Shown in pieces: positions 45,944 through 51,845 of a DNA stretch of 51,845 nucleotides. The position numbers and the translations under genes were made by a program. The stretch's first letter is position 1. Every line of letters begins with the position of its first letter. The notes beneath the pieces were generated by a model. That model made no database searches, had not been told where the DNA came from, and saw only the letters and a list, made by a program, of their open reading frames with translations. This DNA is from a virus (lineage: Duplodnaviria; Caudoviricetes), in the IMG/VR virus record IMGVR_UViG_3300035670_000294, positions 1-51,845 of that record; one strand, given 5' to 3'.

Positions 45944-46153
45944 ATGAACGATAGAAATGAATATAAAGAATTAATTCAAGAGGCTCTTGACATTCTCAGT
46001 CAGGAAGTCAATGTTTACCCGATGGGACGTGCTGACTGGGCATTTGCCAACGCGGGCGTCATTTCCGATGGGTATAGCAATAAAGACAAGGCAATTGCAG
46101 CCGCGAGAAAGCAGATAATTTCGTGTACTATTTTACACTTGGAGGAGTTATGA
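45944..46153 (+). CDS. Hypothetical protein
   Basis: AAGGA SD; ATGA-coupled to the next gene. Confidence 0.65.
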   Translation: MNDRNEYKELIQEALDILSQEVNVYPMGRADWAFANAGVISDGYSNKDKAIAAARKQIISCTILHLEEL

Positions 46154-46569
46154 TCGACGCGATTGAAGACATGAATATTTTTGAACATCATCAAATTCAA
46201 AAACAAAAAGTACAAGCAAAGAAGAAAGCTAAAAAGAGGAAGACGCCAGAAAAGGATTTTCAAAAATTCTTTGTAAACCTTCTTAGAGATAATGGACATT
46301 TAGTTTTTGAAACCTACCAAAAAAAGGTATTCTTTGATTCAGATGGAAATAAACATCTCAATCTAAATCAAAAATATATCAAGGGTACATTTGATTTGAT
46401 TGTCTGTAATAAAAACAATCTGAAATATTATGAGATTGATTGTAAATCTAAGACAGGAAGACCTTCCGACACTCAAAAAGAAAGAATGGAAAAGTACAAA
46501 GAAATAAAAGTGTTTTACTTTGCAAGTCCTTTGAATTATTTACAATTAATGAAGGAGCTTGACCTATGA
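46150..46569 (+). CDS. VRR-NUC-like nuclease (possible junction resolvase)
   Basis: PEKDFQ...GTFDL...EIDCKSKTGRPSDTQ. Confidence 0.75.
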   Translation: MIDAIEDMNIFEHHQIQKQKVQAKKKAKKRKTPEKDFQKFFVNLLRDNGHLVFETYQKKVFFDSDGNKHLNLNQKYIKGTFDLIVCNKNNLKYYEIDCKSKTGRPSDTQKERMEKYKEIKVFYFASPLNYLQLMKELDL

Positions 46570-46572
46570 TTA

Positions 46573-46887
46573 TTGAAAGCGTCATTTATATCGTTATTAT
46601 TGCTATATGCTGGGGGGCATTCATTGTATATGGATTCACAAAGGAATGTTAAGAAAGAGAAACTTTATCAACGTCTAAAAGACTTCCTTGTACTAAGATT
46701 GAAGGAAGAAAAAAGACGACTCGATAAAGAAATTAAAGAGAGAAAGCACATCCAAGAAAATTGGATTTCTTTAGGTGTGACTGCTAACGAGTATTCAAAT
46801 AACGTGTCTCTATTGATTAAAGACAATTACTATTTAAATGAGATAGACAAAGCAATAGAAAATTTAGAACATAAGGGGAGTTTATGA
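46573..46887 (+). CDS. Hypothetical protein with N-terminal hydrophobic segment
   Basis: ORF within the operon. Confidence 0.55.
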   Translation: MKASFISLLLLYAGGHSLYMDSQRNVKKEKLYQRLKDFLVLRLKEEKRRLDKEIKERKHIQENWISLGVTANEYSNNVSLLIKDNYYLNEIDKAIENLEHKGSL

Positions 46888-47381
46888 AAAATATATTTAC
46901 TATATTTTTATTAATATTTATGGTTTTTGGTACACTGATTTCAGATTCTAAAATATTTGAATCCGATGTTTCAGGTGAAAAAGGTACAAGTCTTTTCTTA
47001 CATGAAGATTCAGACATTGAGTCCGATTATTATTTCTTTATCTCTAAGAAAGGTAAACATAAAGAATTTAATATTAGATTCAGATTCGTCAAAGAAGAAT
47101 GTACTAAAGTTAAATCTATAGAACTGGTAAACAAAGATAAGAAGATTGAAATAACGTTTAAGCCTTTAAACGATTCTTATGAGCAATTATCTTCTAAATC
47201 TTGCTCAATAGAAACTATGATTAAGATTACAGACTATAAGAAGTTAAAGAAGCTTTTCGAGGGGGAAGGAGGAGTCAACGTTTATATTTATCTGAGGGGA
47301 GACGACATGTACCAAAATCGGATTGGCATATATCAATCATCGACTTTAGAACTTATAGAATATTACCTAAAGATGAAATAA
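46884..47381 (+). CDS. Secreted/periplasmic hypothetical protein
   Basis: Signal-peptide-like N-terminus. Confidence 0.65.
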   Translation: MKNIFTIFLLIFMVFGTLISDSKIFESDVSGEKGTSLFLHEDSDIESDYYFFISKKGKHKEFNIRFRFVKEECTKVKSIELVNKDKKIEITFKPLNDSYEQLSSKSCSIETMIKITDYKKLKKLFEGEGGVNVYIYLRGDDMYQNRIGIYQSSTLELIEYYLKMK

Positions 47382-47383
47382 CT

Positions 47384-47680
47384 ATGGACAGTCAAACCTA
47401 CCAATCATTAATAGAATCGTATTTAGAGCAGGTAAAACAAACCCTTGCTAATAAATCAAGTGACTATGAATCTGAGCATCTAAGCCTAATAAATAACGCG
47501 TCCGCGTTATCCGAAATAGAAGCTTTACAAGGGATTCTTTTTCAATGCTCAATTAAAATTGGTAGGATTGCCAACCTTTTGAAAAATAACAATAGGAAGT
47601 TTGAAAGCATAGAAGACTCAATTTTAGATTTAACTTCCTACTCTGTTATTCTGTATCTATTGAATAAAAAGAAAAAATGA
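47384..47680 (+). CDS. DUF1599-like (nucleotide-modification-associated) protein
   Basis: L.NKSSDY...KIGRIANL...ESIEDSILDLTSYSVI. Confidence 0.65.
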   Translation: MDSQTYQSLIESYLEQVKQTLANKSSDYESEHLSLINNASALSEIEALQGILFQCSIKIGRIANLLKNNNRKFESIEDSILDLTSYSVILYLLNKKKK

Positions 47681-47717
47681 CGTGCAAGGTTAAACTGACA
47701 AAAGGCGGAAGCGATCT

Positions 47718-48170
47718 ATGAATTCGGACAAAAAAATAAAAGCTTTTTCTAGTGAAAAAGAAATGTCAGAGGTATTTGAGCAAATATCTCCATTAAAAAA
47801 GGATTACTATAAAATGCTAAAAGAATTCGAAGGAGTTCTTGGAATCCCTGATTTTTTATTTTTTTCTAAAAATAAAGAAAAATTAAATGAGGTTATTATT
47901 TACGAATTAAAATTGAATAACTGGCGTAGAGCATTAATACAAGCATACAGGTATAAATCTTTTTGTCACAAATCTTTTGTTGTGATGGATGAAGCTTTTA
48001 TATGTAGGGCAATCAAGCATATTGAAAAATTTAAGCTGTCTGGAATTGGTCTTGCAAGTATCAATACACAAGGTGAATTCAAAATCGTAGTAGATGCTAT
48101 TTCCGATTTACCTTATTGCAATTTTTATTACAATAAATTAGAGAAAAGATTAAATTCTCATATTGACTAA
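47718..48170 (+). CDS. PD-(D/E)xK nuclease-fold protein flanked by 21-bp direct repeats
   Basis: SEKE...GIPDF...YELKL..WRRALIQA..Y. Confidence 0.65.
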   Translation: MNSDKKIKAFSSEKEMSEVFEQISPLKKDYYKMLKEFEGVLGIPDFLFFSKNKEKLNEVIIYELKLNNWRRALIQAYRYKSFCHKSFVVMDEAFICRAIKHIEKFKLSGIGLASINTQGEFKIVVDAISDLPYCNFYYNKLEKRLNSHID

Positions 48171-48225
48171 TCTATATACCCGTTCCAGCAAAGTTAAACT
48201 TACAAAAGCATGGTTAAAAAAGTGA

Positions 48226-48253
48226 TTGACAAGAAAAAATAGTGTACTATTCT
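48226..48253 (+). promoter_or_regulatory. tRNA promoter TTGACA-N16-TATTCT
   Basis: Shares TGATTGACAAGAAAAAATAGTGT with the promoter at 4791..4813. Confidence 0.8.
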
Positions 48254-48266
48254 AAGGCTCATAAAA

Positions 48267-48338
48267 GGCTCTGTCGTCTAGTGGTTAGGACATTTGATTT
48301 TCATTCAAATAACTATGGTTCGATTCCATACAGAGCTG
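48267..48338 (+). tRNA. tRNA-Glu (anticodon TTC), no encoded CCA
   Basis: Acceptor GGCTCTG/CAGAGCT; D-arm GTCTAGTGGTTAGGAC; anticodon arm TTTGA-TTTTCAT-TCAAA; T-arm TATGG-TTCGATT-CCATA. Confidence 0.92.
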
Positions 48339-48820
48339 AGTTATTTTAATAAAACTTAAACCCGTCTTCCTTGCAATCTCAATATTAAGAAGTTGAATTC
48401 CCGATTCAGATTCTAAGAATGGGTCTTCTACCCAATCGGGAATTAAAGTCTCAGATAATTCAATGCTCTTTAAAAACTCTTTATATTGTTGTACTGTCAA
48501 CGTTATTCAACCTCACCCCTAATATAATCCAACCAATCATCAACGTCAATGTCCTTCCATCGACCTTTAGCTTTCTCAATCAAACTATTCAAATAATCTT
48601 CGTCATATTCCGGCGAATAATCAATATATTCAATTTCACTCACGTTATTTTCTTCCTCTTCCTAAACGTTATGCACACATGATATTTTATAATCATTAAC
48701 CGTACACCCCAAGAATGAATCTTTATCCCTAAAGTGAAATTATTAAAACCTATTTGCAAAACAAATTTATAATCTGAATTGCATAAATATTTAGTGTCTA
48801 CTATATCAAATTTCATAACG

Positions 48821-49054
48821 TTATTTTCTCCTTATAGATTTAATAATTTCATCTTCTATATAAATATATTTGCTTTTAATATCCATAATAATCCCTAACA
48901 CTTCCCCCTTACTCAATTCAAAATCATGTACCGAACCAACTAAATTCCAATATATATTATATTCCCTTCTTTCATAGTAGGTTATATAATTTTCTAATAT
49001 GGTGTTTAAAGCTTTTATTTTACGAATAACGGATTTGAAACTTTTTTTATTCAC
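48821..49054 (-). CDS. Hypothetical protein, paralogue of 49051..49287
   Basis: Shared KK.FK..I..I..LN..LENYI..Y...F.LS...DI...YI.I...IIK.I. Confidence 0.7.
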   Translation of the reverse strand: MNKKSFKSVIRKIKALNTILENYITYYERREYNIYWNLVGSVHDFELSKGEVLGIIMDIKSKYIYIEDEIIKSIRRK

Positions 49055-49287
49055 GTTATTTCCCTCTTCTTTTCTTCCTCTGCTTCTTTGATGTTCTTGA
49101 TAATTCCAGATTGTATAGAGATATAATATTTTCTAATGTCAGTGACTATCTGTTTCAATTCAATTTCACTGAGTAGGAAGTCATGCTGTGGACTAAACCC
49201 ATTGTCATAAAAGTCAATGTAGTTTTCTAACTTCTTATTCAACCCGTCTATTAGTTTTATTATCTCTTTGAATTTTTTTTTACTCAC
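49051..49287 (-). CDS. Hypothetical protein, paralogue of 48821..49054
   Basis: GTG start at a TAACGTG junction. Confidence 0.7.
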   Translation of the reverse strand: MSKKKFKEIIKLIDGLNKKLENYIDFYDNGFSPQHDFLLSEIELKQIVTDIRKYYISIQSGIIKNIKEAEEEKKREIT

Positions 49288-49471
49288 GTTACTCGCCCCT
49301 TGTCTCATAATCAAATAGCATCATCATCAAATCATTAATTTCATCTTTGATGTAATCAATTATATTATCTTTATTGACACTATCACTTCTTTCCACGTCA
49401 ACCCATTCAAGAAGGGAATTGTTATGAAAGGCTTTCATTGATTGAATCATACTGTTTTTATCCACGTTATT

Positions 49472-49750
49472 TCACTCCTCAGTATAACACAATATTATTT
49501 TGACACTTGCATTAACTGAATACAATTGAATATTTTCGCTACAATGTATAATTCCTATTATTATTCCAATTGCATGATATATGTATTCTTTGTTTATATA
49601 CTCATGTACTAATTTAATTGTGTAGCTTCTCCCATCTTTTAAAGTAGCGACTAAATATAATTTATTGTACTTTTTGTTTTCTATGGGTGTTTTTATATCT
49701 AATCCAACTACAACACCATTTATAATCTCAGTTATAATTTTTTCTTCCAC
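49472..49750 (-). CDS. Hypothetical protein
   Basis: GTG start at a TAACGTG junction. Confidence 0.6.
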   Translation of the reverse strand: MEEKIITEIINGVVVGLDIKTPIENKKYNKLYLVATLKDGRSYTIKLVHEYINKEYIYHAIGIIIGIIHCSENIQLYSVNASVKIILCYTEE

Positions 49751-49899
49751 GTTATTTCTTCCTCTCATCAATTAGTTTATTAATTAAAATTTCTTTTGCT
49801 TTCTCAGAATCGTCTGCAAACACAGTTATAAGACCCCGCCCTTCAATATAAAAAAGATAGTCATTGTCTTTCTTGGATTCGATAAGTTTATCTAATTTT

Positions 49900-50244
49900 T
49901 CAAGCATTATTAACTTCCCTATTTCTAGATTCATTTTGGAAAATTTCATTTCTTATATTCACTAACTCAATACTAACCTTTGCCAACTCTTCAATCCATT
50001 GTACTGAATTTTCATTCTGTCTTTTGGCTCTTTTATGAACTTCTTTTTCTTTATCTACTATTTCTTTTATCTCTTTCGATAGATTATGGTCAAGGATGTT
50101 TTCATAACTTTTCATTGCATCTATTGCCTTCTTCCTAAGCAATAATAATTCTTGATAAGGTCTATCATCTAACAAGGCTTTTAATTCCTTGTACCTTTTT
50201 TCAAACTTAGTTTCTAATTCTCTTAATGTCTCTGTCGATAGCAT
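49900..50244 (-). CDS. Coiled-coil hypothetical protein
   Basis: First gene after the sigma28-like promoter. Confidence 0.65.
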   Translation of the reverse strand: MLSTETLRELETKFEKRYKELKALLDDRPYQELLLLRKKAIDAMKSYENILDHNLSKEIKEIVDKEKEVHKRAKRQNENSVQWIEELAKVSIELVNIRNEIFQNESRNREVNNA

Positions 50245-50280
50245 AAATAAATAAACCCCCTTGACAATCTAATGAGTAGA

Positions 50281-50308
50281 TTATCGGCAGGGAGTGTACT
50301 ATTCTTTA
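50281..50308 (-). promoter_or_regulatory. Sigma28-like promoter TAAA-N16-GCCGATAA
   Basis: Both boxes match the FliA consensus exactly; the spacer is 16. Confidence 0.65.
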
Positions 50309-50580
50309 TTACTATTTTTAATTGACGCTTGAATACTTGCAACACGCTTGCATAACGTGTCGTAAATATCAAAGTCCATAGATTTTAAATCAGCATAGGT
50401 AAAGCCCCCATTTGTAATGTCCATAATTCCAATAGCTTCATCTATCAAAGTTTCTTCATCAAAGTCGATGTACTGAAGCCAATGCAACACGTCATCTAAT
50501 ATCCCTAAAGGTTTAGTCCAATTGTAGCTCTGACTTTCTTCGTCTATTGTAATACTGAGGTCAGAGCGTAAGCGAAAAAA
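50299..50580 (-). CDS. Tail assembly chaperone -1 frameshift extension (gpT-like)
   Basis: The -1 frame is open across slippery T TTT TTC (50580..50574); GGFTYADLKSMD resembles T-region motifs. Confidence 0.7.
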   Translation of the reverse strand, partial: FFRLRSDLSITIDEESQSYNWTKPLGILDDVLHWLQYIDFDEETLIDEAIGIMDITNGGFTYADLKSMDFDIYDTLCKRVASIQASIKNSNKE

Positions 50581-51323
50581 CTTGCAAAAGCAGAAAAGTT
50601 CTTCCATTCCTTTCCACAGTTTGGACATTCCAAATCTATATACGGTTGTATGCCATAGGCTCTTAAACCAACAGTGATTTTATTAAAAGTCCTATAGTCC
50701 TCAAAGTTTAGTACATTGATTTTATACCTATTGATTATTTGCTCACTGGTTAAATCAGCATAGATTAATCCGTCAACTTCTTTCAATAAGGAGATGTATA
50801 ACGTCTTTAATTTATCATCGTCTTTCATGGAAGACTTTGCATTTTCAATAATATTAATCATGTCACCTAAAGTAGGTTGTCGAAATGTGTACTTACTCAG
50901 TAAAGCAATTTCTTCTCCATTTGACGTTATGTGATTTGCTTCCAAGTCATTGAGTTTTAAAACAATGTCCGGGCTTTCATCTTCTCCGAGATACTTGATT
51001 TCAAAATCTGTGTACTTAGGTCTTGATAACGTGTCGGAGTCATGGATTACAACACCCCCACAGCCTATCCTAGGGCAGCTATAAAGCCCGTCAACTTCCA
51101 TAGGCAAATCATATTTACGGAAAGCCTCTAAGACAATCACCTCGACATCAAGAATGGGTAAAGCCAGAATTTCTTCAGGCTTTAAATTAGTACATCCTTT
51201 GATTATCGGCATGCTGGCACTAAACACCTTGCCAGCTCTCGCGTCATTTGAAACCTTTAGAATGGTATTCGTGTCGGGTTTTTTTACTTCAATTGAAGTT
51301 TTAGAAATAGGAAGTCGAATCAT
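50544..51323 (-). CDS. Tail assembly chaperone (gpG-like, two Cys pairs), allele B
   Basis: Directly after the tube; CPRIGC and CPNCG; slippery site near the 3' end. Confidence 0.75.
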   Translation of the reverse strand: MIRLPISKTSIEVKKPDTNTILKVSNDARAGKVFSASMPIIKGCTNLKPEEILALPILDVEVIVLEAFRKYDLPMEVDGLYSCPRIGCGGVVIHDSDTLSRPKYTDFEIKYLGEDESPDIVLKLNDLEANHITSNGEEIALLSKYTFRQPTLGDMINIIENAKSSMKDDDKLKTLYISLLKEVDGLIYADLTSEQIINRYKINVLNFEDYRTFNKITVGLRAYGIQPYIDLECPNCGKEWKNFSAFASFFAYALTSVLQ

Positions 51324-51845
51324 CTTTTAAGTTCCTATAGGTTCAACCCGATATTCGTACACTGCAAGTTTGAAATTCAAGAACGCCTTGTCCCTTGCAC
51401 CTTCATCAAAAGCAGGATATAAAACGTCAAGAAGTTCGCACATTCCAAAAATCTCACGCATATAAGCATTAAGAATATTCCCCGTCTTGTCAGTTCGATA
51501 GAGTACAACGTCTCTGTCTCTCTTTTCGTTTTCCCACTGTCTAATATAGCTTATCATCTGGCTATTTCTTTTTATAAGATAAACCAATTCCAAACCTTTG
51601 ATTTTTTTATTATCACTGCCAATAGTTCTTATATAGCCATTTTCAGCGACATCTATTGAAGGGTTTTCATAGCCCGTCTCATTGTGAGTCAAAAGACCCG
51701 GTAAAACCTTGCCAGCTATTTCTATAATACTTACACTTGATATAGCATTTCTTTGCACGTTATTTTTCTCCTTCTAAATTACACAGGGATTGAAACAGGA
51801 GTCATTGTACCAACTCCGATTGCAAGGGATTCTAATAAAGGATTA
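50601..51845. repeat. Right copy of imperfect terminal direct repeat
   Basis: Matches 1..1245. Confidence 0.97.
51327..51758 (-). CDS. Tail tube protein (allele B)
   Basis: Differs from 727..1158 at 8 of 143 aa by my comparison. Confidence 0.75.
   Translation of the reverse strand: MQRNAISSVSIIEIAGKVLPGLLTHNETGYENPSIDVAENGYIRTIGSDNKKIKGLELVYLIKRNSQMISYIRQWENEKRDRDVVLYRTDKTGNILNAYMREIFGMCELLDVLYPAFDEGARDKAFLNFKLAVYEYRVEPIGT

Noticed and set aside
47684-48208. Integron cassette (GTTAAAC fits GTTRRRY)
   Set aside because: No inverse core or attC hairpin was seen after the gene and there is no IntI; kept only as a direct-repeat finding.
50601-51845. Genuine long terminal repeat or duplicated tube genes
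   Set aside because: The copies differ internally but have k-mer-length identical ends and cut through genes, so an assembly of two variants is more likely.
1-51845. Stop-codon reassignment or a temperate integration module
   Set aside because: Standard-code ORFs tile the genome densely, the tRNA is not a suppressor, and no integrase or ParAB was recognised.

Overview
This window appears to hold a complete, circularly permuted genome of a tailed dsDNA phage with a contractile tail. The unit length is about 50,600 bp: 1..1245 reappears as a diverged allele at 50601..51845. The DNA is AT-rich and most genes are on the minus strand. Recognisable modules are terminase, portal, head, neck, sheath/tube, a frameshifting tail chaperone, tape measure, baseplate and fibre. 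Other recognisable genes are a tRNA-Glu(UUC), dCTP deaminase, a C5 methyltransferase-like gene, a C39 peptidase, several nucleases and a stand-alone FtsK-gamma domain. I saw no integrase, DNA polymerase, primase, reverse transcriptase or CRISPR array. A spirochaetal-type lipoprotein suggests a Leptospira-like host (inference). The top finding is three dispersed copies (about 6.2, 18.4 and 33.8 kb) of a non-coding element. Each has inverted TTGGACAC boxes at identical spacing around an AT-rich ATATATAGAGATTTATA core, plus a conserved satellite box. The only obvious replication enzyme is a herpes UL9/origin-binding-type SF2 helicase, which suggests a candidate oriS-like multi-origin replication system. 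Further non-coding structure includes a shared dyad operator on strong promoters, probably leaderless structural genes, sigma28-like promoters, a stereotyped ATAAC-GTG start motif and a duplicated 42-bp hairpin element. All product calls come from motif reading and gene order, not from database searches.
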